From the NCBI RefSeq assembly GCF_963921235.1, contig NC_086097.1:238764001-238828000 (forward strand): a DNA stretch of 64,000 nucleotides, written 5' to 3'. The DNA is from Mobula hypostoma. Taxonomy: Eukaryota. The notes under the pieces were generated by a model that was given only the letters and a program-made list of their open reading frames with translations, made no database searches and was not told where the DNA came from. Made by a program: the position numbers and the translations under genes. Below are positions 25,189 through 39,420 of the stretch, one piece after another (positions within the stretch are counted from its first letter, which is position 1; every line of letters begins with the position of its first letter).

Positions 25189-27369
25189 CAATACAGTGCA
25201 AAGTAGGCTCTTCTGGCCCTTCAAGCTATATCTTCCCAGCAGTCCCACAGCCCCAATTAACCCTAACATATACATGGCACAAGTTACAATCAACAATTAA
25301 CGTACCCTTTATGTCTTTGGACTGTGGGAGGAAACCAGGGCAGCCGGGGAAAGCCCATGCATTCCATAGGGAGAACATACAGAGAATCGTTACAGAAAGG
25401 TGTTGGGATTGAACTCCAGGACCTGAACACCGCCCCCCCCCCCCCGGCCGAACTGTATTACCATCATGCTAACCACTACACTACCATGGAATAAAGAGCC
25501 AATGAGTCTTGATAAAGGGTCTCAGCCTGAGACATCATCTCTTTATAAACACAAGAAGGTCTACAGATGCTGGAAATCCAAAGCAACACACACAAAATGC
25601 TGGAGGAACTCAGCAGGTCAGGCAGCATCTATGGAAATAAATAGATCATCAGTGTTTTGGACTGAAGACTCTTCTTCAGGACTGAGAAGGAAGGGGGAAG
25701 ATGCCAGAATCAAAAGGCGGAGGGGTAGAAGGAGACTAGCTGGAAGGTGATAGGTGAAGCCAGGTGAGTGGGAAAGGTCAAGGTCTGGGGAAAAAGAAAC
25801 CTGATAGGAGAGGAGAAAGGGAAGGAGGAGGGGACCTGAGGGAAGCAATAGGTAGGTGAGAAGAGATAAAAGATTAGAGTGAGGAATAGAGGACTAGGGA
25901 TCTACTCTTCATTCCTATCTATAGGTACTGCCTGATCTGCTGAGTTCCTCCAGTATTTTGCGTGTGTTACTCTGGACTTTCAGCATCGGTAGAATCTTTT
26001 GTGTTTAAGATGTGACTGACATTAGTTACTTTGCAAGCAACAGAACCGTCAAGTCAACGTAACCTGAAGGCTGTAATTTCAGCAATCTGATATGCATGCA
26101 TGACTATTTTCCAGTAACCTCGGTTCACCCTGCAGACACATTCAAATGGATGCAGAAAATCTGCCGACTTTAAGCATTGCTTTATTCCAAGAGCACACAC
26201 AAAGCTGGGTCTAATTCCTCCTATTCAGATCACAAGGCTGAATGCTATAATTTCTGCCTTGTGTCAGCACCAACAACAGGCAAATGGCATTTATTTGTAA
26301 ACAAGCACAATGGATGCATTTTACGTGCCAGTAAACCATAATAACCTCTGCCAAACACTTCATTGCTTAAATATTAATTGGAACTAACTCCTAGCGCATT
26401 TATACTTCATGTTACGCTGTGCTAATTGAGAACAGGTTCTAGATGGCAACAAGTTTTCATGGGGCATGCCGTATGTAATTAATACAACCAAAGGCAACGG
26501 TAAATATTTACGGCTGTGCCCTGCACTAGGCCCGTGTCCTAGTGCAGGGCGCAACCCGGTGTTTAGACAACTTAAATGCTGGCCCAGATAGACTGAAAAG
26601 GCAGGGTGTCAGGACCAGAGGCCAGGATTGGACCAATTCTGCTCGCTGTTTCGCGACTGTTACTCCTTTCTGTGAAGACTGCTCCAGGTGATACGTGCTT
26701 TGTGTCTGTGAGCCTAAAGTCCACAAACAGTTCCTGTGTCTTGCTGACATTGAGAACTGGGTGATCGTTGTGACACCAGTCAACCTGACAATTTATTTCA
26801 CTCTTGCATGTTTCCTTTTCATGATCTAAGATATTACCAACAAAGGAGGTGCAAATTTATAGATGATATTCAAAGTCGTCGTTGGCTCCATCAAGAAGCA
26901 TACAAGAGAACGGGTCTCACACAAGTACCTAGAATACATCAGGTCCTTTACCAAATCTATTCCAATCTCTCAGTCACATCATGCTAGCTTCATCTCATGA
27001 TGCCTTTTCTCACCACCCCCCGTCAATCTGAATCCTTAATAATACTCTGGGAAATGTTGATTTTCATACCTTAAGACTCATTTTTCAGGAGAGACAGACA
27101 TTGGTAATAAAATTCATGGACACAGTGTGCCAATACAGCTAAAGAAAATTGCAAAAGATGAAGCCTTCACTCTTAGCACCAAGCTCTGTTCCACCGACGA
27201 GCAAAGATCCTTATCCTTTCTAATGTGCAAGAGTAACAGAAAACCTACATTAAGCAGCTCAACTACTGGAGAACTACTGCAAAGTCAATCTGCACAAAGT
27301 TCTCCAAATCTATTCAAAGGACAACAGATGGTAGTCTCCTCTTTTAAGACAAGATATTATATCAGCAGT

Positions 27370-29560
27370 GGCAAAACGAATAGAGACAATTCTTAGGAAC
27401 AGGGTTTACAAGCACTTGAGAAACAACCATATCTGGGATAGTTAGCATAGATTTGTGAGGGGCAAGACTTGCCTCACAAGCCTGATAGAGATTTTTGAGG
27501 AAGCTGATGAAGGCAGAGCAGTGTATATAGTGTACATGGATTTTACTAAGTCTCACCATGTAGAAAGGCATGAGGCTTGGGATCCAGGGAAAATTGGTTT
27601 CATGTATTTGGGATGACTTTCCCACAGAATGCAGAAGGTGTTAATAGATGGAGTGCATTCTGCCTGGAGGTCGGTGTATGTCACTTGGTGCTCCACAGGG
27701 ATCTGTTCTGTGACCATTGTCCTTTGTGATTTTTATAAATTTCTTGGACAATGAAGTGGTATGATGGAAAGTGGCAAGTTTGCAGGTAACATGAAGGTTA
27801 GTGGAGTTGTGGAAAGTGCATGAAGTTTTTGAAGGCAACAATGAGACGTCAACAGGATGTAAAGCTGGACAGAGATGTGGCGGATGGAGTTCAATGAAGT
27901 TATATCACCATATAAAACCCTGAGATTCAATTTCTTGCAGGCATTCACAGTAACTACAAAGAAGCAAAATATCATAATAACATATAGGTAAATAATAATA
28001 AATGAGGTGAAGTACAAAGTTAATGGTTGTATTCTTAGCAACATGGTGGAACAGTGGTTCCCAATTTAATATTCACTGACCCCTTGCTTAATGGTACTGA
28101 TCCATACCATAAAAAAGGTTGGGAGCCACTGCCATAGACCCTCAAAGATGCCACACAAGTTGATAGGGTGGTTAAGAAGGCCTATACTGTGTTGACCTTC
28201 AATAGTCAAAGGATTGAATTTAAGAGATACAAGATAATGTTGCTGCTCTGTAAAACCCTGGTTCAAAGGTTCAAAGGTTTATTTATTATCAGAATATACA
28301 ACTCTGAAATTCTTCTTCTCCAGATAGCCACAAAACCAAGAAAGAAAAGAATGGCATCAACCCCCAAATCCCTCTTACTCATACAAAATAAAGAATAAAC
28401 AGGCACATTGACCCCAAACCTCCCTCCCTCGCACACAAATAAGATAGGGCAAAAAACACAGAATACAAATAATCATAAGACTGAAAAAAAGTTCACAGTC
28501 CATCCATGGCCAAAATGCAGAAAATCCTGGCAACATTCTGCCTTTTCATAGCAGAGCGATCTCACCAGTGATTAAAAAGGCAGTCTCTCCTCTCCAGCAA
28601 CAGAGTGATTCTCCAGCGATAAAAAGGCAGGCAGTCGGTCCTCATCGGTGAACAATTGAAGCTTTAGCTGGCAAATTAGAGGCAAACATTTGCTCGCAGC
28701 CTTCTTGCCACAAGATTCCCACAAGCTGCCTCTGCCTCCTGGAATCCCTTCGGCTACTGCAGGGTGCTGAAAACACCCAAACAAACTCCAAACTGCAAAT
28801 CATATGCTCCAACAGTTCCAAGAGGAACTGTTCCAGGATCACGTCCAAGAGGAAAAACAAAGATAAAAGACATAAAGAAGTGGAATATATGGTTTCATGA
28901 TCAATCCAGAAGGAATGTTGCACCCAGGCGTCATCTTGAGTGGAACACACTTACAATATTATGTTCAATTCTGGTCGCCTGATAAGGAAGGTTTACAAAG
29001 GGTGGTTAAGAGATTTCCTGGGATGGTGCATGGATTAGATAACATGTCCATAAGACCGTAAGAGATAGGAGCAGAAGTAGGCCATTCGGCCCATCGAGTC
29101 TGCTCCGCCATTCAATCATGGGCTGATCATGTTTTATGAGGAAAGATTGAGTGATCCATGGCCTACCTCTTTCGAACAAATAAAAATGAGAGGCAATTTG
29201 ATAGAGCTGGAGCAGTTTATGAGAGGTATAGATAGAGTGGATAACAGGCACCTTTTTCAGAGGGCAGCAATGGCCAATACCAGAAGATGTCATTCTAAGG
29301 TGAGTGAAAGAAAGTTTAGAGGAGATGTCAGGGTTTTTTTTTTTACACAGAGGTTTGTGGATGCCTGGAAAGCACTACCTACAGTGATGGTAGAATGAGA
29401 TACAATATGGACATTTAAGATACTCGTAGACACTTTAGCTATATAGATGTAGGAAACATGGGGTTCATGGGCAATGTAAGAGGGAAGTGTTAGAATGATT
29501 GTTCATATAGTTCAACACGACATTGTGAGCCAATGGACCCCAACTATATTGTACTGTTCT
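27370..29560 (+). mobile_element. Old fragmented CR1 LINE interrupted by several younger insertions
   Basis: Collinear degenerate RT motifs (QHRFVRGKTCLTSLIEIF, APQGSV, VVKKAY, RGIDRVD) split by inserts at ~27900-28000, 28052-28131, ~28260-28950 and ~29050-29130. Confidence 0.7.
28052..28131. mobile_element. hAT/Charlie-type mini-MITE
   Basis: TIRs CAGTGGTTCCCAA / TTGGGAGCCACTG. Confidence 0.6.
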
Positions 29561-30317
29561 ATACTGAGTCTCCAAGACTCTCACAGCCAAACACAGTGGG
29601 CTGGCCGCCCAACAACCGAAGTGAGGTAAATATAAAAACTAAAAACCCATTACAGGAAATTGGTCAAGTATCAGCAGCTGCATTCTTGACACATCATCAG
29701 AAAAATTATTCAGGAGTATGTCCTGTTGAGAATCATTTTCACTGTTCCATTCATGATATTCGCACAATCATAAATCAGGGCCAATAATTCTGTAGCGTTC
29801 ACCTCCATTATGAATAGCTGCAGTAAACTTGCTTCCTTTATGAGTATATATTAACCCAATTATTGCTCAAGCTTGAATCAGTATTAATGGCTGGCAATAT
29901 AACTTGCAGGTAATAACATTTCCACAAGAGAGATCTTTTAAATTTAATGACATGATCATTGCCAAATTGCCAATCAACATTATGGTTGTTATCTTTGACC
30001 AAAATCTAAGAGTGCAGTCCAAAAATTACTGCTGAAATGAGTGGCATACTATTGAACTTCCCAAAGGTGTTCTACCATTTACAATGTTCACATCAACAAT
30101 ATGATGTAATGCTCCCTATCTGGGCAGCTCAACACTGTCCATGACTGGACTACGTAATTGATGGTCGTGAAACCAACGTCCAATACTCGTTGTGTTGTGG
30201 TTGCAATCTGCAACCTGTAGGATGCACCGTCAGCACATTTTGTCACCATCTCCATTTCCTATGACCTCTATTAACCTGAAAATCAAAAAGAGGCCATGGG
30301 AGAGTCTCATTCTAAAT

Positions 30318-30427
30318 CAGGGGTTCCCAAACATTGTTATGATATGGACCCCTACCATCAACCGGAGGGGTCCGTGGACCCCTATCATCAACCGAGGGGT
30401 CTGTGAACCATAGGCTGAGAACTCCTG
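30318..30427. mobile_element. hAT/Charlie-type MITE with internal ~30-bp duplication
   Basis: Termini CAGGGGTTCCCAA / TGAGAACTCCTG, 8-bp flanks TTCTAAAT / CTCTAAAA, and an internal repeat tggacccctaYcatcaacc x2. Confidence 0.6.
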
Positions 30428-32103
30428 CTCTAAAATGAACATCTATTGCCATTCATTCAACTTCAATAGGTCCTCATCCATGAGATGAGGAGCTATTTCT
30501 ATTGTCAGAAGATGGTGAATCAGTCAAATTAATTGCTGCAGATGGCTGTGTAGGCCAAGTCCTTGGGTATATATAAAACTTGAGCCTGAGTTGGTTACTA
30601 AGGACACAAAACTTATGGAAAAAATGCAGTAGAATGGGATTGAGAGGAATAATAAATCAGCTACGATGGAGTGCCCTAATTCTTCTCCTATGTCTCATTG
30701 TCCAGCCTTGAATTACACTTAATAATTTCATGGAAATTTTATATGGAGTTCTAAGTTCAATGTAGATTTATTATTGAAGTACACATATGTCACCATATAC
30801 ATGCAACCCTGAGATTCATTTTCTTGCAGGCATACTCAGTAAATCCAAGAAACAAATCAGAATCAGTGAAAGACTTTACCCAGCAAGACAACAGCGAATA
30901 TGCAAAAGACAGCACAATGTAAATGCAAATGAAAAAAAAATAACAATACTAAATAAGCAATAAAGATCAAGAACATGAGATGAAAAGTCCTTGAAAATGA
31001 GTCCATAGGTGTGGGAACAGTTCAGTGATGGAGCAAGTGAAGTTGAGTGAAGTTATCATCACTGGTTCAAGAGCCTGCTGGTTGATGGGTGATAACCAAG
31101 ATAGTCATAGTCATACTTTATTGATCCCGAGGGAAATTGGTTTTCATTACAGTTGCACCATAAATAATTAAATAGTAATAAAACCATAAATAGTTAAATA
31201 GTAATATGTAAATGATGCCAGGAAATAAGTCCAGGACCAGCCTATTGGCTCAGAATGTCTGACCCTCCAAGGGAGGAGTTGTAAAGTTTGATGGCCACAG
31301 GCAGGAATGACTTCCTAGGACGCTCTGTGTTGCATCTCGGTGGAATGAATCTCTGGCTGAATGTACTCCTGTGCCCAACCAGTCCATTATGTAGTGGATG
31401 GGAGACATATGCCAAGAGGAAAATAATAATCCCTTCAAAGTAAAAATGGATGGTTAAGGGTATAATCCCAAGGACAACTTTTCAAACAGCTTCATCTCTG
31501 TGATTACTGTAGATGTGAACCTTTCATATCGTGGGACTCATGCAAAGGGTGAATCTTTTAAATTATGCATAGTTGTTCTCTATGTGACAACAGGAAACAC
31601 TTACTAATTGATCCAGTACCATGGCAAAATTCTGGCATTATAGGTGCAACCCGCATGCTCACATAAAAAACTGTGTTTTTTCACCGTGACCCCACTGTGA
31701 GCCACAAGCTGCTATCCTTCTTGCTGAGTTGCTGGTGTAGTTGCATGTAACAGATGGTACACAATTCTCTGCTGTGATCAAAGGAAGAGAATTTTTTTTA
31801 AAGATAAATTTTACTGCAGTTAATATTTCCACAATAAAAAGTTCACGATGACTGATTTGATGTCAGTTTTATCTCATCATAGATGCAATCATGTCTGCGT
31901 TCTATGTATTCAGTATTTATTATTAATAATTGCCTACAGATGATACTGAGCTATCTCAGTGCAAAGCTACAAGCTTGGAGTACACCTCCATCATAGCAAC
32001 ATAAAGAAAGTGGATGATTTCTCAACAGATGAAAGTCTTACATAAGGCAAACAATAATTCTGTATAAGATGCTCTCTGTTGGATTCATCAGACTGATGAA
32101 TCA

Positions 32104-32734
32104 CGCTCAGAATCACATTTAACAGGATGTTTTATATATGTTTTAGGTGTCTGTTTAGGTTGGCTATATCAGATGCAGAGATAAGATTGCTCCTCTACCT
32201 AATAGGGTGGCCATTGAGTGTATGTTCTTGGTTTTCTGCTGCCATAGCCATCTACTTCGAGGTTCGACATGTTGTGTGTTCAGAGACGCTCTTCTGCACA
32301 CCACTGTTGTATCCCTTGTTTATATGAGTTACTGTCACCTTCCTGTAAGCTTGAACAAGTCTGGGTTTTCTCCTCTGACCTCTCTCATCAGCAAGGCATT
32401 TTCATCTACAGAACTGCCACTCACTGGATTCCTTTTTGACTTTTTTCCCCCCACCATTCTCTGTAAACTCTAGAGACTGTTATGTGTGAAAATTCCAGGA
32501 GATCAGCAGTTTCTGAGATACTCAAACCACCCTGTCTGGCACCAACAATGAATCCACCGTCAAGGTCACTTAGATCATATTTTTCCCCATTCTGATGTTT
32601 GGGTTGAACAACAACTGAACCTCATGATCATATCTGCATGATTTTATGATCTGAGATGCTGCCACATGATTGGCTGATTAAATATTTGCATTAATGAGAT
32701 GTCCAGGTATATCTACAACAGTGGCCACTGAGTG
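32104..32734 (-). mobile_element. Non-autonomous Tc1-like DNA transposon (same family as 741-1293)
   Basis: Collinear homology to 741-1293; right terminus agtggccactgagtg. Confidence 0.8.
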
Positions 32735-32828
32735 TCTATTATATTATAAGAAGTGAAAACACAGCACTTACTCTCAAGGGTTTGTGGCAACATATGGAGG
32801 TCTTCCAAATCTCTGTACCCCAACAATT

Positions 32829-33550
32829 GCAGTGTATTCTGGATGATTGGGCAGCTGCTCCAATTATTTGGGGAACAAAAACTAATTGAGAAAAAAGCTG
32901 GAATTCCCTTCATTTATTTGGGAAACTATGCCACTTAATTGGGGCAAGAGACTGTTGCCAAACAGTTTTCAACTAGTGTCAGACACTTGTGCGACCATTA
33001 AACACTACACTATGCTTAGAGCGGACATTTTTTAAGTAGCGGCAGTTGCATGTGCTTACGTTCAAAAAGGAGCAATTTTTTGTCACTGTCAGTTGGCGAG
33101 AAATAAGAGTAAGACAATTCCGAACTGTTTTGTTCACTGTGGTTTCAAGCATTCAAGTTTGGAGATGTCAGAAAAGGCCAAGAGTGAAAATGGTACAATT
33201 TCACTACTTCAACAAGTTTGGAACTATGAAGAATCGGAAGGTATCAACAATCATCTTGAAAGTGACAATGAAACTGAAGCTCTGGAGGACGTAGTCATTG
33301 ATAGTATTGCATGAAGGCTGTCCATTATCTACATAAGGTGTTTGCACTGATTTTGTTCATTTACAGCCAATCAAAAGAACACAGCAAGTACACTGAATGC
33401 TTCAGTCAATGATTAATAGGAACTGAGACACAGTTTTTTTAGACCTATAGTATTATCAGTAATTTGTTCTGTGTTTCATTTTAATACATAATTTGTTTCT
33501 CAGTTAAACGGTAGTTTGTCTTTTTTATAACTTTTAACTAATTCCATGAA
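32829..33550 (+). mobile_element. Tigger/pogo-derived element (degenerate)
   Basis: SWREI..KTIPNCFVHCGF resembles the pogo DDE C-terminal W..TI.NCF..GF motif. TIRs were not confidently located. Confidence 0.45.
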
Positions 33551-33559
33551 AATGGACGC

Positions 33560-34407
33560 CTCTTGGGCCTCCAGCCGGATATAGGTATCGACTTTAACCA
33601 ATATTTTGATGACAAGCTCAGCCACCTTCATCAGGGAGGATGCCTGGGCGCATCTAGTCTGGTGGTATTTATACCCCCATTGTCCATCCCGTCTGATTGA
33701 TATATGCTACTCCACATTTACGGGGAATCCTGAAAATGCCAGCCATCCTGTGTCCCAGGTCATCTTTGACCAGCATAAGCTGTGATTTTGGGCTTCCTTA
33801 TGGATTTGTGGATGGCATTAATCCAGTATTTCTTCAGGATACTGGCGATCCTTCCAAAACCCAGGGAAATATGGGGAAGACAGGCAGTAGTAATGGATTC
33901 TTCCTCTTTGTTAGGTTTTCTTTCGGCCCAGGATGGCTGGTGTTTACAGGATTCCCTGTGAATGCGGAGCACTGTATATTGGCTAGATGAGATGAACGGT
34001 GGAAATCCAGATCAAGGAGCACGGGAGGTTTATCTGTTTGGGTTACCCAGAGAAATTGGCGGTAGCAGAGTATTGCATTGGTAAAGGCCATAGGATTGAC
34101 TTCGATGGCAGAGAACTATTGTGCTGCTCCAATGGCTTTTGGGAACGTCTGCTGAAGGAAGCCATTGAAAGAAAACTAGAGGAAAACAAAGGCGGAGGTC
34201 TTATTCTAGTTAACTACTGGAATTTGATCATAAACGAAGCGGGACAGCGGAAACCTGATTGGATAAGGACTAGCCAATTAGGAGGGACAGATGATGGGGT
34301 GTATAAATACCACCGGACTAGACATGCCTGGACTTCATCCTTGATGATGATGGCAGAGTTTGTCATTGAAATGTCGGTTAAAATCAATATCTGTACCCGG
34401 CTGGAAA
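33560..34407. mobile_element. Second Penelope-like family: head-to-head inverted pair of GIY-YIG plus terminal-repeat fragments
   Basis: Plus strand: GVYRIPCECGALYIG*..IKEH (33939-34022). Minus strand: ACLPHIS..ILKKY and GIFRIPRKCGVAYINQTG. Segment 33570-33700 is an inverted repeat of 34274-34406. Confidence 0.8.
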
Positions 34408-36389
34408 TATCAACTGTACTCTTTTCCATGGATGCTGCCTGGCCTGCTGAGTTCCTCCAGTATTTTGTATGTGTTACTTGGATTTCCAGCACTTAGTCAT
34501 AGTCATAACTTTATTGATCCCGGGGGAAATTTACAGATTGTCTCTTGTTTGTGATAGCAACAAGAGATTGGATAGATAAGGAAGATCATCTAGGTGTTTG
34601 GTGCTACTGGAGTTCTTCTCTTCCACCAGGCAGAAGATACAAAAACATGAAAGCATGTACCATTAGGTTCAAGGACAGTTTCTATCTTGCTGTTATCAGA
34701 CTCTTAAATGGACATCTTGTACAATAAGCTGGGCTCTTGACATCACAATCTACCTCATTGTGATCTGGCACTTTATTGTTTACCTGCACTGCACTTTCTC
34801 TGTAGTTTTTGCACTTTATTCTGCATTGTTACTGTTTTATCTTGTTTTGCCTTAACTCTGTGATGACTTGATCAGTACAAAAAGTATCCAAGGCAATCTT
34901 TTCACTGTATCTTGGTACTTGAGACAATAATAAACAAATACAAATCCCCTTGTATAATGTCAAGTTAAGAGCAACAAGCAAATGAACAATATGTAAAGAA
35001 TAATCCTTCCATGCTGATGTGACAGTAGCTTGGTACTGAGTAAATGGACGTTCATGTAACAACAATCTATGACATCTTGTTTCTTCAGGATTTATGTCAT
35101 CCTGTTAAGCAGGGCATTTTTTTGATCGAAGGAAATACTTTCTTTAATTGTATCAGTGTACAAGTAGGATTATTGTGTTTGTCTCAGTAACAGCAATGGA
35201 GTGAGCAGTTAATAGAAGGGTCTAAAGCAGAAATGACCTTTGCAGTATGTGTGTAGGAGTTGGGCAATCAATTAAGTTTGAACGTGGACCATTATTCATT
35301 GATTCTTTTCATATTACAGTATATCCTCCCTCAGCAATTGCTACATAACCGAATGTATGACTGCCACTCTCCACGGCTCATCTCCTTCAGCGAAAAATCA
35401 GGAACCCATCACGCCTTCTCCGTTCCTTTTGGATTATTAGGATGAAGTGGGGAAGGCATGTTCCAGGATTTAAAAAAAATGGCAATCTCCAAGAAAAATC
35501 CATCAATATGGATGGAGTCCTGATGAAGGGACTCAATATGAAACATCGACTGTTTATTCCCATCCCTGGATGCTGCTTGACCTGCTGAGTTCCTCCACCA
35601 TATTGTATGTATTGCTCTGGACTTCCAGCATCGGTAGTATGTCTTGTGTCTATTAGTATGGATGGTGATGCTGTTGTCAATCATTGGAAATGAATTATTA
35701 TTGTCCAGTGAAAAGCTTGCTTTCCATTGTTTTCAGACAGATCAATTCATTACACCGTGTATCAAGATTGCACCAGATAAAACAATAGCAAAGTGCAGAA
35801 TAAAGTACATCATTTGGTATGTCGAGCTCATTTCTACAGATGTATCTTGGGGAACATTCTGATTGGTTGCAACATAACCTGGTATGGTGAATTATGCAGA
35901 GGATTGATGACTTAGCCAGGTCCATCATGGAAACTAGCCTCAGCACCATTGAAAACACCTTCATAAGGCTGTGCCTCAAAGAGGTGACATCCATCATTAA
36001 GGACCCTTACCATCCAGGGCATGCTGTCTTCTCATTATTAACATCAGGGAGGAGAATAGAAGCTTGAAGTCTCACACTTAACATTTTAGGAACATCTTCT
36101 TCCCCTCTGCCATCAGATTTCAGAAGAGTCCGTGAACCCATGAACAGCATTTTGTTTTCTTTTTGCGCTATTTATTTGTATGTTATATATCTCTTAATGT
36201 AACCCAGAGTAATTTGTTTGCATTGCACTGTACTATTGCTGCAAAGCAATGCATTTCACGACGTACAAATATGTCAGTGATAATAAGCTTGCTTCTGATT
36301 CTGAAAGTGCAGTTCAGGTAGACAATAAGGTGAAGGATCATAATAAGGTAGATTGTCCTTCAAGAGTCCTTCTGTTATACTTGGGAATT

Positions 36390-37925
36390 ATACCGAAGGG
36401 AGTAGCTGGAGAGATTGTGGAAGCGTTAACAATGATCTTTCAAGAATCGATAGATTCTAGCATTGTACCAGATGACTGGAAAATTGCAAATGTTACTCCG
36501 CTATTTAAGAAGGGTGGGAGGCAGCAGAAAGGAAACTATAGACCTGTTAGCCTGATATCAGTGGTTGGGAATTTGGTGGAATCGATTGTTAGGGATGAGA
36601 TTACAGAGTACCTGGAGGCACATGGCAAGATAGGCCAAAGCCAGCACGGTTTCCTGAAAGGAAAATCCTGCCTTACAAACGTACTGCAATTCTTAGAGGA
36701 AATTACAAGCAGGGTAGACAAAGGAGATGCAGTAGATGTGGTGTACTTGGATTTTCAGAAGGCCTTTGACAGGGTGCCACACATGAGGCTGCTTAGCAAG
36801 ATAAGAGCCCATGGAATTACAGGGAAGTTACTAGCATGGGTGGAGCATTGGCTGGTTGGCAGAAAACAGAGAGTGGGAATAAAGGGATCCTATTCTGGTT
36901 GGCTGCTGGTTACCAATGGAGTTCCACAGGGGTTGTTGCTGGGACCGCTGCTTTTTTACGATGTATGTCAATGATTTGGACAATGGTATTAATGGATTTG
37001 TGGCTAAATTTTCCAATGATACAACGATAGTTGGAGGAGTGGGTAGTGTTGAGAAAACAGAGAGCCTGGAGGGAGACTTAGATAGTTTAAGGGAATGGGC
37101 AAAGAAGTGGCAAATGAAATACAATGTTGGAAAGTGTATGGTCATGCACTTCGATGAAAGAAATAAACGGGTAGGCTATTATTTAGATGGCGAGAGAATT
37201 CAAAATGCAGAGATGCAAAGGGACTTGGAAGAAACCCTAAAGGTTAACCTCCAGGTTGAGTCGGTGGTGAAGAAGACGAATGCAATGTTTGCATTCTTTT
37301 CTAAAGGTATAGAATATAAGAGCAGAGATGCGATGTTGAGGCTCTATAAGGTACCCATTAGACCACACTGGGAGTATTGTGTGCAGTTTTGGGCTCCTTA
37401 TTTTGGAAAGGATATACTGACATTGGAAAGGGTTCAGAGAAGATTCACAAGAATGATTCCAGGAATGAAAGGGTTACCGTATGAAGAACGTCTGGCAGTT
37501 CTTGGGCTGTATTCCCTGGAGTTCAGGAGAATGAGAAGGGATCTCATAGAAACAATCTGAATGTTAAAGGGCCTGAACAGATTAGATATGGCAAAGTGAT
37601 TTCCCATGATAAGGGATTCTCAGACAAGGGGGTACGACTTCAGGATTGAAGGACGTCCATTTAGAACTGAAATACAGAGAAATTAATTTAGTCAGAGGGT
37701 GGTAAATCTGTGGAATTTGTTACCACGTGCGGCTGTGGAGGCCAAGTCATTGGGTGTATGTAAGGCAGAGATAGATAGGTTCTTGATTAGCCAGGGCATC
37801 AAAGGGTATAGGGAGAAAGCAGGGGAATGGAGATGACTGGAAGAATTGGATCAGCCCATGATTGAATGGTGGAGTAGACGATCGGCCAAATGGCCTGCTT
37901 TTGCTGCTATATTGTATGGTCTTAA
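36390..37925 (+). mobile_element. CR1 LINE, 5'-truncated, frameshifted
   Basis: ORFs 36249-36974 and 36916-37560 with NYRPVSL, DFQKAFD, GVPQG and RPHWEYCVQFW motifs. Confidence 0.92.
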
Positions 37926-38639
37926 TTATTCAATTGTCTTATAGCAGTGGGGTAGAATCTGCTCTAGAACCTGGTGGTACATGCTTTGAGGATGTTGTTC
38001 CTTTACCCAAGCAGAAGAAGAAATGAAAGAATGCGCAAGGATGGGGATGTTGGGGACTTTGAGAACTTTGATTATGCTGCCTGCTTTACTGAGCCAACAA
38101 GAATAGACAGATTAAAAAAAAATCTGACAAGGCTGTAAGGAGACAATGATCTCCTCTGCCTGGCTTTTATTACAACTGCTTAACCAGTACTCAGTCACAA
38201 TTAGGCTCCTATGAAACAGCTGGCCCATGCAGCTGGATAATACGGAAAACCACTAATATTTCCTGAGAATTTAGCGTCCTGTATACTGAACTTTTTAAAG
38301 TAGCTGTTTTGTTTTTTTTCTAGTACCTAGCAACAATAGCAATCTGTTTTATATGGGCATAATTATGATTAGCTGAAGTAGGTATCATGAAAATGGGGCT
38401 TTGGAGATTGACGTCTCATTATGTGAGAGTGTGGAACGAGTTGCCAGCACAAGTGGTTCACGTGAGCTTGATTTCAATGTTTAAGCAAAGTTTGGATCGG
38501 TACATGGATTTGTAGGGGTTTGGAGGTCTATGGACCAGGTGCAGGGCAATAGGAGTAGGCAGTTTAAATAGTTCAGCATGGAATAGATGGGCTGAAGGGC
38601 CCGTTTCTGTGCTGTATGTTTCTATGACTCTAAAAGCAC

Positions 38640-39420
38640 AATAGAATCAATGAAAGTCTACACCCATCAGGACTGACTGCAACCAAAGTGCAAAAAAGCA
38701 GCAAAAAACTGTGCAAATACTTAAAGAAAGAGAAGAAATAAGCAAAAAAAAAGTAATGATAAGTAAATAAACAATGGATATGAAGAACATGAGAAGAAGT
38801 GTCCTTGAAACTGAGATCATAGGTTGGGGGAACAGTTCAGTGATGGAATGAGTGAAGTTGAGAGAAGTATTCCACATTGGTGGGAAGAGTCCTGAGGCTC
38901 CTATTCCTTTTTGCTGATGGGAGCAGTGAAAAGAGAGCATAACCTGGATGTTAGGGGACATTGATGATGGATATCGCTTTCCTGTGACAGCGTTCCATAT
39001 AGGTATGTTCAATAGTGTGGTGGACTTGACACATGGTGGACTAGGTCATACTCACTACCCTTAGTAGGATTTTCCATTCAAAGGCATTGGTGTTTCAACA
39101 CCAGACTGTGATGCAACCACTCAATACAAACTCCACCACTCATGTAGAAGTTTGTCAAAGTTTTCATAAACTTCTAACAAAACAGAGGCACTGCTGTGCT
39201 TTCTTCATAATGACACTTACGTGCTGGAGACTATGACAGATCTTCTGAAATGATAACACTGAGGAATTTAAAGTTGTTGACCTCTCCACCTCTGATCTTC
39301 TGATGAAGATTTGCTCACGGACTTCTGATTTCCACTTCCTGAGGTCAATAATCAGCTCCGTAGTCTTGTTGACAATTGAATGAGAGTTTGTTGCTGTGGC
39401 ATCACTCAGCCTGATGATCA
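38640..39420 (-). mobile_element. Degenerate Rex1/Babar LINE
   Basis: VNKTTELIIDLRK and KKAQQCLCFVRSL motifs, plus a shared 3' UTR. Confidence 0.65.
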
